This document shows positions 47,485-61,200 of a stretch of 64,000 nt of DNA, piece by piece. This DNA comes from Mytilus californianus. Lineage: Eukaryota. The first letter of the stretch is position 1. Each line of letters starts with the position of its first letter. The stretch is from assembly GCF_021869535.1 (NCBI RefSeq), contig NW_026262690.1, forward strand, positions 52,886,001-52,950,000. The letters run 5' to 3'. The position numbers and the translations under genes are program-made. The notes below the pieces were generated by a model. It was not told the origin of the DNA. It made no database searches and was given only the letters and a program-made list of their open reading frames with translations.

Positions 47485-49802
47485 TTCATACAATTAAAAC
47501 TATCTGTTGATTTGTCGAGGAAGAAACATTGTTCTTTGGTTTACGTTCAATATTGTAATGAGAAATGGTATTCTCAATTTAATTATGATTATTGTCGAGT
47601 TTATAAATATATAGCTTTGCCTTTGGTAAATGTAAATTGTATATATGTGTCTTGGTGGGGTCAGTATTGCCTACCCTCCTGATGTTTTTACACATTATTA
47701 AGACTGTCAATGTTAAAGTTTGATAGGATACTATTGTATTTTATTGTTTTTGTTTAATTTTATGACTCAGTTTAACTTCTTGTAAGTATACATGAATTGT
47801 TTTTAGATCATGTTATGGTTTTCAGCGTTGCCTATTTAATTGAAATTTCAATTTTTCAAATTATATATATATAAAACGACATGATGGTTTATCCCAATAA
47901 AAAGTCCTCTAGCTTAGCTGTGTTAAGCACATTTGGTCGATTCCCGTTATATTTTATAGTGGTATTATCAATATGAAATATTAATATTAATATCAAATGC
48001 TGGTATTCATCCATTCATTAAATTTCTAAAAAGCTGAATATTCAAAATTCAGATGTAAAGCTTAACTTTTTTATAAAGTCATCAGTTAAGCAAAAACTTT
48101 GTAAAAGTTTTATATCAATTGGGAACACAACAACAATTAAAGAGTAAAAAGTACTAAATTAGATACTTGTTTACTTATTTTAAACTAAAAACGTGTTTTC
48201 CTTCAGAAATTTATCTATCTTTTTACAATGGCAAATGTAACATGAGAATCAGTGCCCATGATCTCTTAATAGAAAGAGTCAGATATAAAACTTCATATAT
48301 AGAAAGAAGTCAGGGCATTGTAAAAATGTAGTTTTATTTTGTTTGAAGATTAAAGATGAACAACATTTTATTATTAGTTGTCCAGTATACAATGATAATG
48401 GAGAGATATTGCAGATCTCTCAAGTGGGGCAAAAATGATTTTGGTTAATTACTACTAATAAAACTGTTTGTTCTAAAATATTTAGGGGATTATGTTATTA
48501 AATGTCTAGATGTAAGACGAAATGTGAATAGATATACTTAATGATGATTATTGTAACTTGAATTGCTGTGGTCCTGTCTGGAATAAGATTTTACATCATT
48601 TATCATGTTTATCAGCAAGAGATAATTTAAAAGTAATATATGTAGGTTTACAATTATATGAACTCTAATATTTCATTTCAATGTGGAAAAGTTTTACAAA
48701 AATATAGTATTGTTTGTTTTGTGTATCTGATTGTCATGCTTCCAAATTCTAACAAGTTATATATAAATAGTATTCACGTCGCCAGAGTCCTCGGGTGGGG
48801 GTTTTCACTCTTTCAACCTAAGAGTGGATTTGTGGCAGATTTTTCTACCCACCTTTGCTATTTTTTGTCATTTATTCAATTGATATGATTTATTTGATGT
48901 AATTGCGTATTAATTATGTATTATAATTTCATATTAGTTATAAACTTTTATGTCAAATATTTTATTTGCAAAATGTATTTTTTTGCATTTTTCATTTTGA
49001 ATAAATGACCTTTTTTCGTCAATTTAGATTCTATATCATATAGCAAAACAAGCTCAGACTCTGGTCTGTGTATACATTAATATGTTTATGGTATCTGTCT
49101 GTATGTCTTAAACATGTATCTTCTCTCTATAAATGAACGTGACACGTGAGTAACGAGTAATTGATAATAAGATTATGTTAAGGTATGATTATGAGTATAA
49201 AGTGCAATTATTGTTTTTCCTAATATTATCGATGGTATTGTATTTTTTATGAACAAGCAGTCAATAGGAGCAGGGATAGCTCTGTAAACAATGGTTTACC
49301 TATCCTGTATTATTCCATGCCAATAATGATGCATTTACTTCACTAGATACATCGCGTAGAATGCAAAATGCGGGGTGTTGGAAATGTATGACACTGGGTG
49401 GCGTCGTCGAGAAAAGATTCTGATACTTTAGATGCTAGTTGTAAGATAAAAACTCATTTAGAGGGATCTGTTACTGTATATTTTTATGTAAAAATAAATT
49501 CATCGCCTATAGAATGAGACCTATTGTCAAAATTAAAGCTTTTAAAGTTATTTTTTCCTCGAAATGTAATGTGTCGCACAAAGTGACAAATTTCATATTT
49601 CATGGCGATGAAATGTGTATAAGAAAAAAAAAAGATTTTTTAAATAAGTGTCTTCATCTCATTTCTCACGGAATCATGGCTCAATTTACAACAATATCGA
49701 ATAATAGTTAACGTTTGCACTATTTATTTACCGTAATTTTGCCATAGAACTCTTACTGGTAAACAGAAACTTTAAATTATTATTCCATGTACACAATATG
49801 CT

Positions 49803-50010
49803 TGATTGATTGATTGTTGGAATTCAACGCCACTTTCCGCACTCGTGGCGGCCAGTTTTTATTGATGGAAGAAGCCCTAGTGCCGAAAGAAAATCACTGA
49901 TCTTAGGCAACTAAAATAGCAATGCTAGTCAATTAAGATCAGAGTCGAACGCACCCGTTGCGGGGTTCGAACTCACAACCGCAGTGTTGACAGGCTAGTG
50001 ATTGCTATAG
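49803..50010 (-). mobile_element. tRNA-derived SINE relic
   Basis: B-box-like GTGAGTTCGAACCCC on the minus strand near 49960-49975 and a (TCAA)n-type tail at 49803-49815. Confidence 0.6.
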
Positions 50011-50378
50011 ACATTATGCCTATTTGGCCATATGGCAATTATTATTCTGTATTAGAAAACGAATACTATATATTGTTACATGCTTATTTTGAAGTCAATG
50101 AGCGTTCTCTCTTATAATTTTTACAGTCTCAATCTCATACCGCAAACTCTAAAAATACAGATCATGTGTCCACACTTATAAACGAAGCATGGACACACGA
50201 GACCTGTTTTTTTTAAATTTTTAATCCGAATGCAGACTCTAGTTAGTGATAAATTTATTTCTCAAATTGGGTTTTCACGGATATTTACATTGATTAGAAA
50301 TCTCTCTTTTGCGGTAATTTCTAAAATCATCTTTCATCAACCTTCTTTTGCCTAAATTTTTTATTAAGTTCTTGATGC

Positions 50379-50536
50379 TTAATAGTTTTTTGTTTTCTCT
50401 TGTGTGAAATTTTGCTTATCTTTTCGAATTTTGCTTTTAGTAACATTATGTCTAGATATGTCTTCAAACACCAGAGTTGAAGAGAGTCTGTCTTCAAATT
50501 CCATAGTTGAAGAGTGTCTGTCTCCAAACTCCAGAG
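50379..50536 (-). CDS. Secreted PAN/apple-domain protein, probable exon 2 (10-aa repeats, basic tail)
   Basis: Acceptor ttcttgttcttcag at 50537-50550 in phase 1. It reads ALEFGDRHSS TMEFEDRLSS TLVFEDISR..KNY*, with AATAAA ~120 nt downstream; total 166 aa. Confidence 0.55.
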
Positions 50537-51170
50537 CTGAAGAACAAGAAAACTAAAAATTGTATTTTATAGTTTAAATGAACGTTTACACATACACACA
50601 AATTACTGGCATTATTTCATCACACAGTGAACGTTCTTAATGTGCAACTGGTATTCCAAAAGGACCGTTTCGTACAAACGAAAGATATAACAAACATTAG
50701 GTCAAAATTATCATGTTGTACGAAAATGTTTAATAACAATTAAATGTTACATGTTTGTGGAAAAAGAGAAATGCATAATTAAAACCATAATCATTGATTC
50801 GATGGAAAGAAATATATTTCTCCTTTGTTCAAGATATATTTAAAGGGGACCAGTGAATAATTTTGGTGACGCTTGCGACCTCCGTGTAATTGTGTCATAT
50901 TTGAATATATTTTCAATTACTGGTCCATGCCGCAGTGTGTTTTTGTCTGCTTGAAATTGACAAATATATTTATGTATGAAAATGACTTAAAGATGAAACA
51001 AGTTTAATTCAAAGGTTAACAAATTGCTCTGTTTTTCTCTTTTAAATTGACAGTTTTAAACTGCGTCTCCAATATTTTGTTTGTCATCTGCACAAACTGA
51101 AAGCTAGGATACACATACCTAATATACGACAGTATAATTTATCTGAAATAGTCCTATCCTATATACAAAC

Positions 51171-51513
51171 CATTTGATTTCCACATTAATGTACACATTT
51201 CACACGTCATAATTTTTGACCTCATATTCTTTTGACCACTGAAAGTCATAGAACATGTTTTTTTATCAGCATTGTAACACACAGCAGTACATTCAGGATC
51301 TTGTAAACAAAACATGGTGCACTGTTGAAATACGTCATGGTCTAAGATAATAGACTTGTTCTGTATTGAAGAATCAAAACACTTTTTGGAAGCTGTCTCA
51401 AACATCTGCGAACGTGCTATTTGATGAATTGTCTCTGTCTTTGTAAACACAGGTAAAAATACAAAAACTTGAAATAATGTAAAAGTCGGCATGATACTAC
51501 CTTTACTCTCCAT
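51171..51513 (-). CDS. Secreted PAN/apple-domain protein, exon 1
   Basis: Hydrophobic leader (MPTFTLFQVFVFLPVFTKT) and Cys pattern C..(18)..CTMFCLQDPECTAVCYNADKKTC typical of PAN_1; donor G|gtttgt at 51170, phase 1. Confidence 0.75.
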
Positions 51514-51839
51514 GATTTCCCTTTGGTGAGTTCAATTACAGAATATAGATTCATTTTATACGATACAGGATTAGTAGTTAATTCAAGAGCCAAAACTGGA
51601 CATACATATCAAATGTAAAAGTATTAATAAAGTAAAGCTAACTAAATATTCAATTGTTTATTTATATACAAATTATCGTATTTGGAGTGTAAAGAAAACA
51701 TCAATTATTGTCAATGTTAATATGTTGAGGTGACTATCGGAACCGAAGGAATGGAGGAAACGTATCTTTTAATATTATAGCCAATCAACAGTATTATAAA
51801 AAAAATCAAACAACGTCATTTGTTTACACATCATGACTG

Positions 51840-54800
51840 CACACTGTAAATTATTATATGTGACTTCCTTCGATTGTCCGGATTGCTGCTATCCTTTTAA
51901 TTTTAATCTAATTAATGCCTGCTGTTAAGCAGGACACACTGTTAAGTTAGTGAGAGACATTTTGTATGTGGATGGTGAAATATATAACGACCAAATGTCG
52001 GACATTGAACCCACTGACAGTCTTACGTCTCACATGCGCACACCAGACCACCATCAAGAACGCAAACGACGCCGACGTATATTTTGCGACTCCTACACCA
52101 CACAGTTAGGAATTCCATGGAGATTCTAATTGTTTGAAGAATCAAGGGTGTTTGAATAGCCGAAACGCAAGTTATGACAACAATACCTGTAAAAATGTTA
52201 ACAGTTCATTAGACTTAAATATATTGTCGCTCAATTGATGTGGGATTATGAACAGAATGCAATATCCTGAATTTATAAAACTAATTAAATGTTATGACTT
52301 TATCTGCTTGAAAGAAACAAAAACTGATCATTTTGATAATGTTGATAATCATATACCAGGTTATACTTTTAAATTGAAAAATAGAAAAACTAAATCAAAA
52401 GTCAAATCAGGTGGGATGGCATTTGGATATAAAAATGAATTAGAAAATTATGTGCAAACAATAGAATCAGAGAGTAATTTAGTATTTTGGGTTAAAATTT
52501 CAGCCAATTATTTAAAAACAGAACAAGATGTTATGATTGGTACAGTGTACATACCACCAGAAAATTCTAAAAATTTTCAGCTAACCATCAGTCTATTTTG
52601 CTTACAGGTGATTTTAACAGCAGAACTGCTGCCGATTTAGACTTCTATGAAATAACAAATACCAATCATGACACATCAGATAGTTTTAATATTGATTTTT
52701 CAAACGATTTACTCAAGTTTCATATGTCACGTATTAGAAATAGTTGCGACAAGACAAAAAACCTCTTTGGAAATCTACTTTTAGAAATGTGTAGAAATAA
52801 CTTTAAATGGTAGGGTTGATGGTGATAAAGACGGCTTATTTACTTGTCGCCAGTCTAGTGTGGTTGACTATTTTATATGTACATATAATTTGTTATCATG
52901 TGTTTTAAATATGTCTGTACATGATTTTTCTGTTCTTTTTCCGATGTTCATTCGCCTCTGAACTGTAGCTAGTCTTCAAATCGATTGATAATGTCGACGA
53001 ATGCGATGACATTTTAATAAACGATTTGGCATGCCATGAAAGAAAGGGCTTCAAAAAATGGGATCGTGAACAAGAAGCCGAATTTCTGAGAAATATCGAT
53101 GAAAAAAAAATCGATCAATTAAATAATGATTTAACTATGTTGAATACCAGTATACTGGCTCAAGAAAATATTAATAAAATAGTTGAATCTGTAAATGGTT
53201 TAGTGCTGGAATCATCCGAAAAGGTGTTTGAATCATTTTGTTATAAACGACATGAAAAAAAAAATGTCGAAGAAAAGTTATTAAACCTTGGTTTGACCAA
53301 ATATGTTGGGAAAAAAGGCGGTGCTTTTGAATAGCAAAAAGAAGATATATTAAATACAATAGAACATGTTTAAAAAGAGAGGAGATGAAGAATACAGAAC
53401 GTGAATATAAGAGGCAAATGAACATTTCTATTAATAAGCATAAAAAAGCCATGAGAAAAAAGATAAATGTTTTAAAAAATAGTAATTCTTAAGAATTTAG
53501 GAAGATATTGAACTCGTATAAAGAAAAAAAAAAGGAATGATATTCCTGTTGATATACTTTTTGAATTTTTCAAAAATTTAAATTCGTGAGATTCTGACGC
53601 TGGTGAAAAAACAATTCCAGATGAGAATAACGAACTTAATTCACTATTAAACAGTCCTATTACGGAAAATGAAATTTTTAAATGCATTAAAAATCTTCAG
53701 AATGGCAAAGCTTGTGGTGATGACTTCATTATTAATGAATATATTAAGAGCACCACCCAGATTTCCATGCCAATCTATGTAAAACTGTTCAATATTGTAT
53801 TTGATACTGGAAAAGTGCCTGAACTTTGGCTCGTTGGTAATGTTATACCTTTTTATAAAAACAAAGGTGACCAATCAGATCATCAAAACTACAGACCAAT
53901 AACTATATTAAGCTGTATGGGTAAACTTTTCACGTCAATTTTGAATTCAAGACTTAGTAATTTTTTGGAAGAATATTTGTTGTTAAATCAAAAAACCAGT
54001 TTGGTTTCAGAAAGGGCTATTCCACTATAGACAGCATATTTACTCTGGATATTTTATTTGAACTATTGAGACAATAAAAGTAAAACTTTTTTGTGCTTTT
54101 ATTGATTTTGCTAAAGCATTCGAAACAGTTTGGAGATCTGGTCTTTGGTCAAAACTCATTTTACATACAGTAAATGGGAAGATGTATAATACTATAGTTA
54201 ATATGTATATATAAAAATGTCAAATCACGAATTTTCAGTGATGGTGAATATTCAGATTACTTTCCATGTAATGTAGGTGTAAGACAGGGGGAACATTTAT
54301 CTCCTATACTTTTCTCTATTTATTTAAATGATTTGAAAAGTTTTTTTCAGAACAAAAATATAAATGGTTTGAAATCTTTATCAGATCAAATAGAGAACGA
54401 GCGAAATATGTATTTAAACTGTTTGTTGTATTGTACGCAGACGCCACTGTACTTATGTCAGAAACACAAGCAGATCTACAAAAACAATTAGACGCTTTAA
54501 AGGAATATTGTGATAAATGGAAATTGAAAGTCAATGTCCCAAAAAGCAAAATAGTAATTTTTTCTAAAGGTAGACCACTACAAAATGTTATTTTTAAATA
54601 TGCTGATATTGAGTTAGATATTGTTGAAGAATTTACATATCTTGGTGTATTATATTCTAGAACAGGAAGTTTCACAAAATCAAAAAGGCACAAGCTGAGA
54701 AAGCAATAAGGGCTATGTACGGTATTCTAAAAAAGGGGAGATTACATAATTTAAACATTAAATGACAACTAGAATTATTTGACAAAGTAGTTAAGCCGAT

Positions 54801-55205
54801 ATTATTGTACGGGTGTGAAGTCTGGGGAATGGGTAACACCTCTGTTGTAGAACGTGTTCATCTAAAATTTTGTAAACTACTGCTTAATCTTAAAAATCTA
54901 CTCCTGATTACATGATATATGGGGAACTTGGCCGATTCCAACTGGATATTTTTATTAAATTACGTACTATTAATTATTGGGCAAAGCTTGTAACTGGAGA
55001 AGAAAAGAAACTTCCTGTTATTCTATACAATCTTGTTACTGGTAGTTATAATGGAAATATAGCTTGGTGTAAGAATGTAAAATCTGTGCTTGATAATTGT
55101 GGACTATCAAATATATGGAACACTAAATATTTTATAAGTAAAAACTGGTTGTATGATACTGTTAAAATAGATTAACTGACCAGTTGGGACAAACATGGTA
55201 TGCTA
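51840..55205 (+). mobile_element. Decayed CR1-group (L2/Crack-like) LINE: ORF1 tail, APE endonuclease and RT
   Basis: LVRDILYVDG (ORF1 end); YDFICLKETK, KSGG, VYIPPENS, GDFNSRT, SVVDYF (APE); KACGDD.I.NE, NYRPITILSCMGKLFT, FIDFAKAF, GVRQGEHLSP, LYADATVL, FTYLGV (RT). Many frameshifts and stops; 3'-truncated. Confidence 0.9.
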
Positions 55206-56028
55206 CTTTTTTTTCTCTTTTAATGAGATTTTCTGAATGAATTGGCTATGTGCTAAGTGAAAACGTAATTGTTGACAATTTTAAATTGCTAAATGCTCAT
55301 TAATTACAATACATAAATTAGTCAAGAATTATCAGTCCGTATTTCATCTCTCGTTCAAGACTTGGATGCTTCTTATACTGTTAGCATCCATTACATTTAG
55401 CACAAGGACAAAAATGGGAAATGAGAAAAGAGACCAAATCAGTGGTTAGAAGAATATCGACAAAACACACTATTCAGGGTCAGAAGAATAACGAAAAACC
55501 AAAAACCAAAAAAATACTATACAAAAAACCCCAAATGATGGATAAGTTCAGTGGTAAGTTGTATTTTTTGTTGTCATAATCAAAGAAAAGAGGTCTGAGG
55601 AGGAAACAGAAGCCCATAGATATCGTATCAACTGAAATATCTGTAGGTGCTGCTTGAATGTTGCTAAACAGAAATGCACATTGGGAAAATTAAAATTATA
55701 TCTGTTGTCGTAAGGTTAGGTTCAACCGATGCTCATCTTTAGTTTTTATATGCAAGTCAAGTTTTGAAGCAAATTAAACTATTTTTGGTATTCTTTATTT
55801 CAACTTCAATGGGATAGATGCGATGAAAAGAGTCACCAAAGTTTAATTACTCTCAAAGAGGACATCATCTTTTTAAGAATATGAAATTGAAGGATAATGC
55901 TAGCTTTTTACTTTTTTCTGTACAGTCTCCAGTATGCCGAAAACGAATAAATGAAAAAATTGACAGGAAGAATGGCACAGTTAGTTATGCGTCAATGGTC
56001 TTTGCAAAAATGTCAACAAAACGTAGCA

Positions 56029-56184
56029 AATATGTAGAAAGGTTTTCCCAAAATAATATGTAGAAAGGTTTTCCCAAAGTAATATGTAGAAAAGTTTTCC
56101 CAAAGTAATATGTAGAAAGGTTTACCCAAAGTAATATGTAGAAAGGTTTTCCCAAAGTAATATGTAGAAAGGTTTTCGCAAAGT
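56029..56184. repeat. Minisatellite, 26 bp x6
   Basis: AATATGTAGAAAGGTTTTCCCAAAGT head-to-tail, with single substitutions and no spacers. Confidence 0.95.
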
Positions 56185-57062
56185 ATGCTTTGTCCTCATC
56201 TTAAACTAGATATTTGTATCCAACGTTTACAATTCGTTTTTATGAAACAATGTTGGCCTAGTTCGTTAATCTCTCTTTAAGTGTAGAATGAGGAAAATTT
56301 GTGTAAAGATACATAAATCAAAGTTTGTGTACTCTTGCTTAAGAAAAGGGACTTAATTGTTTGTAGCCTTAACAGATCTTTGGAAGTTTTTAGTATACGC
56401 ATCTGAATTTAACCGCTAGTTCGACATCTTTGGTGGAAAGTTAAAACGAACATTTAACAGACCTATGATTATTCATGATTTTCTCTTTAGTGTTAATCGT
56501 TATTTGTATGTGTACTTTTTTAATAGATCTTTGAAAGTTTTTAGTATCCGCATCCGATTCAAACCACCGAAGAATAGATAGCTGAACAGTTACTCAAAAG
56601 ACCGTTTGCTTACAAAAAGGAAGATAATAATTCCGAAAAGAAGTTTCGTGGAGCATTTGGCAGATCTAGCATTACAACGTTATTTTAAATAAAGACATTT
56701 ATGTAATGTGGGTATCCAGTAGGATGAAGGAAGATCCAGTTTGACATATTTGATTGAAATACCAAATTAATGTAAAACAGAATTCTAAGCCGTTGAAGTG
56801 TTATGGTAGTTTGTGTAAGGTTTCCAAATGAATTTATTAATACGTTATTCCCCAAAACGGTATTGTTCGGGGCTGCGTCTGTGGCCTTTTAAACCACTTA
56901 CATATTTGTCATGTAGATAGAACAGGTGTTTAGATAAATTCAGTTCTTTGAAGATAGATGCAACATGAATTTTTGAGACGCATTAAGTTTTTGAAATCCG
57001 ATTTGTATCAACATCAACCCATTTGGAATTAGTAACATCGTTCCCTTTTTCGTGCTTTGGTC

Positions 57063-57146
57063 ATTGTCTGGCATAACCCTAGATTGTCTGGCATAACCCT
57101 AGATTGTCTGGCATAACCCTAGATTGTCTGGCATAACCCTAGATTG
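57063..57146. repeat. Perfect minisatellite, 20 bp x4
   Basis: ATTGTCTGGCATAACCCTAG repeated four times identically, plus ATTG. Confidence 0.95.
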
Positions 57147-58025
57147 AATACTTTAGAATTGAAGATGCGTTTTCGGTTTATAAGGAGTTAAGTTCACGTT
57201 AGTAAGGCCCTTTGTTCAACTATTTTGGTCGAGATGTCAATGCTTTTACAAGCCTATAATATTTGGATCTTTTCATGACTTTGTCAGTTTATCTCAACTT
57301 AATGTCCCCTTGGTATACTTTTTTTCTAATAAACTACAAAGCAAAGCATTCCGTTCTTATAATTCCATAGTGTAATCAAGCTTTCCGTTAGTTTTGTTTT
57401 AAATATTCATACGCATTGTTATAACTTTGTCATGGAGAGCACGTGTAATCATGCATGTGACGTTTCAAATACCACGATATTGTTAAATTCCAATTAAAAA
57501 ATGATTGAATTCTTTTGAAATATCTATGTAATATGACTTGGTAAACAAACAAAAAAATATGTTGAGAATTAACCTACTTTTATCTACATCAACAAATAAA
57601 TTACAATGTAAAGACCGAAGTTTAGACTTCAAGCGACAATTTACCACTCAGTTTGGTATCACATGATGATGCTATCGACCTATAAATATTCATTTATACA
57701 TACTGCAGATGTATATTTTGTACGTTTGGTTTTAAAGGAAACTAAATATTAGACGATATCATATGAGTATCAATATAGTTTAATTCCCTTTAGATTTTAA
57801 AAGTCTCTTTTAATTACAAATGTAAGTTATTGTCAACCATGTCAATGTAAACCAAAATTTTAAATAACCTTTTTATGTTGTTGTCAAAACATTATCTATT
57901 ATCCAGATATACTCTTGAATAAGTGGAGACCATAGACAAGTAAGAGTTTAAAGTTAGTTATGAATTGACATTGGATTTAGAAACATTTTGCATTTTGGAA
58001 AGAAAGAGGCAAAAAGGTAGCTATA

Positions 58026-58028
58026 ATG
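58026..58028 (+). CDS. Calmodulin-like gene, initiator ATG at the end of an exon
   Basis: ..CTATAATG|gtaagt; calmodulin genes typically have an intron right after the ATG. A possible acceptor at 57980 would give a 48-nt exon. Confidence 0.6.
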
Positions 58029-61000
58029 GTAAGTATTATCGTAAAAAATCTTGTAAACATATATTTTTTGTGGCTTTCATTTATTTCTGTATTCAATACA
58101 ACATTTTGTCTGGTGTTAAACTCAATTTACATTTACGATATATACATTTGCAAAACGAATTCAAAGACAGATGAAAATTAGATAAATTTAAATGTTAAAC
58201 TTAAATATGTGGATAGTGGGTTAGATGTTATAAATTTTAAACTATCTGCAGGACATTTCAAGCTTTTTATGCATTCCATTTATCCTGAGAATGAAAATAA
58301 ATACATTTGACTGTTTCCATTTTTCATTTTTATTTCAAAACATAAACAGTCACTTTTATGAAATAAAAGCAGCAATAAAATAGTCTTGGTGTTAGCAAGT
58401 TAATTTTATGATATTTCAATACACTTGTGTTCGCTATTGATAACATCGGGCTGTAAGCAAACGCCAACATTAAGATCAAGGGGAGTAATATACTGCATTG
58501 GTAGCATGTATCACTGCTGGTGGACTTTTATTTCCATGAGTGTATCATATTTCCCATAGGCATTTCGGCACTGGTTTTAATCATAATATATGTTTTGATC
58601 ATTTCTCAGTTTAATATGTTTGAAAATTTTACTGAACACGCTGAAGAAACTAAGGTGAAAAGCTTTTAGAACATGTAGAACAAAAGGGACATACAAATCT
58701 TCGGTAAACTTTGGATTCAAGTTGGAACCTTTAAAGCATATTAAGAAAATTTCCATTTACTATAACATGTTAAAGTACTGATTGAACATGTTATATTTCC
58801 AGCTGAACGACAAACTGCCGTCAATCGCTCAATTACAAGTTTGAATTTGTACAAAATAAGAGATATATAAAATGATATAAATGTTTCATAATTTTATAAT
58901 GAGGTCCATAAAGTTAATTCTGTGCATTCATTTTCTATTATGGTTAACCTGAGTAGTTTAGATGCTGCTTCATTCACGTTTTCTCCAAAATTTATTGTAT
59001 CGTTATAACATGAAGAATATCAAATGAAGAAACGTTTTCAGATATCTTTCACAAATGACAATAAAACCAAAGAGCAAGTTATTTTCGGACATAGATTTCA
59101 GTATTTAAGATACAAAATAAAACCCAAATTTCATGCGTATACACCTTGCGGGATTTCTGCACATAATCTACATAAAACAAAGCGTTCATCCAGCATGAAC
59201 ACTTAGGTAAAACTTAATATCGCGATCGCTTTAAATAATATAATATGCAAAAAATCAACAGCTTCATTATTTTCTAGTACAAGCTCAGTGTAAAGAATAA
59301 GAATAATTAGTATTCTAATTCACCACTTGGCCTTATCAAAAAGTTCAGAATACGTCAATTCCAAAGGGAAACATGACTTTAAATCAACTTTCGCACCAGT
59401 AAATTTTAACAAAACATGTCTTCAGCTAATTGTTGAAATAATTATTTTTAAATGTAACAACAAGGTAATTGCATTCAACAAGGGAAATGTAAATATTGTA
59501 AATTTTAGGAGCGATTATTTGTATAAAACAAGTTATAAAAAATTACAATATGTTATAGTTAAGCTTTGTTTTCATGTCAAAATAAAGTACTTGAAATAAG
59601 GGCAAAAGTTGATACATGTAAGAGAGATAGTTGATTTGAATGTGGATTAGCCCAAATCCTAACAAAAAAACCCATCATGTATGCTATGTAATTACAAAGG
59701 CTTATTAAACTTACTCATTCTCACGGTAAAAAAATCCTTTATACAAACAAATTATTCATGTTATGATGCTTGACCTAACACTACAACAGTCTGTAATGTG
59801 AATTTTAGAAAGGTTGTTCTTATGCTTTTTGATTTTTTAAAACAATTATATATAAGCTAAATTCCTTAAGATGAACTTGCGCACTATAGGGAAATAATTA
59901 TTTGTACTTTTTTTTTTATTAATAAACAGTATGCAAAGGGTTTATCGGGAATTCCTGGTTAAAATATTGCAATTTTTATTTGAAAATGAGGATTTTTAGC
60001 CTTTTAGCTTTTGCCCATATCTAAACAACAAATTTGCGGTAGGAATTTAGCTTATATATAATTGTTTTAAAAAATCAAAAAGCATATAAACAGCCTTTTC
60101 TAAAATTTTGAATTTACATCAAACGCTTAGGTTATTACATTTGGCATGTCATCAAAACGTAGTTGTGCTTGTAATGTATCAGAAAAGCCTATATAGAAAG
60201 GTGATATCCAATTCTAATTACATGTACATATATCTTTTTTGCAGAGTTTTTAGATCTAACTGATTATATAAAATTTTGGCAAAAAAAAATATCTCACAAT
60301 CGTCTGCATAAACCTTCTAGAAGACATTAAAACAATAAAATTCAGTTTGATTTGGATCACATGGTATAGAGATATAAGATAAGCACATGCGGTATGATTG
60401 CCAAAGAGACAACTAACCAACAGAGTTCAAATCAAATGGATATTAGCATTTATAGGACACCACGCTACTGACTTCAACAATAAGCAAAACCCCATACAGT
60501 ATAGTCAGCTATACAAGGCCCCCAACATGACATGATGTGAACCTTTTCGAATCAAAACAAACCAAAGGCCTAATTCATGACAAAACAATAATCAAAAAAA
60601 AATAATATGAAAGACAGCAACCGACGAAAACCACTGATTACAGATTCCTGACTTGGGACAGGAACATATAAAACACTTTCTCTAATTCTAAACCGATTTA
60701 TCCTTTTCCTGGCCTGTTAATTATTTTTATTTAATCAACGTGTGGTACGTTTGATCTCAGTTCTTCATTGGACAAAATTCAATTATAGCGTCAAATTTTC
60801 CTGCGTTCCTCTGAATGATTGTGACGACACGAAAAAAAGGCGACCATGTCTGATGACGTTATATAAAAAGAACACATATTTTTGCAGATCATTGGAAAAA
60901 ACTTCTACATATCGTCTAAAAATCATTAGAGAAACAGATTCTACCGCCAAATCTTGTGCAATACTATATTTATCCGCTTTCCACAGTTAAATTTTAAATA

Positions 61001-61160
61001 TTTAAAATGCGAGGCTCGAAGTACTAAACACAACTAACATAAAGACAAAAGACACAAAGTACTGATCTTAGTCTTAGACTACTCGCAGGTACTGAAAGTT
61101 AATTCAAAGCCAATGACAAGTTCTAACAATACTTATTTTGAATTAAATTGTTTTGTGCAG

Positions 61161-61200
61161 GCTGATGGAAAATCAAAACTAACGAAAGCCCAAGTGCAAG
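61161..61200 (+). CDS. Calmodulin-like gene, second coding exon (ADGKSKLTKAQVQ)
   Basis: ttttgtgcag|GCTGAT..GTGCAAG|gtaaga, phase 0 to 1; equivalent to the calmodulin ADQLTEEQIA exon. Confidence 0.8.

Noticed and set aside
48060-48091. CTGATGA on the minus strand inside a GCTTAAC/GTTAAGC hairpin, a possible hammerhead
   Set aside because: It lacks the GAAA box and a cleavage triplet in the right geometry.
56029-56184. 26-bp repeats resembling a CRISPR array
   Set aside because: Units are head-to-tail with no unique spacers, there are no cas genes, and the context is eukaryotic; it is a minisatellite.
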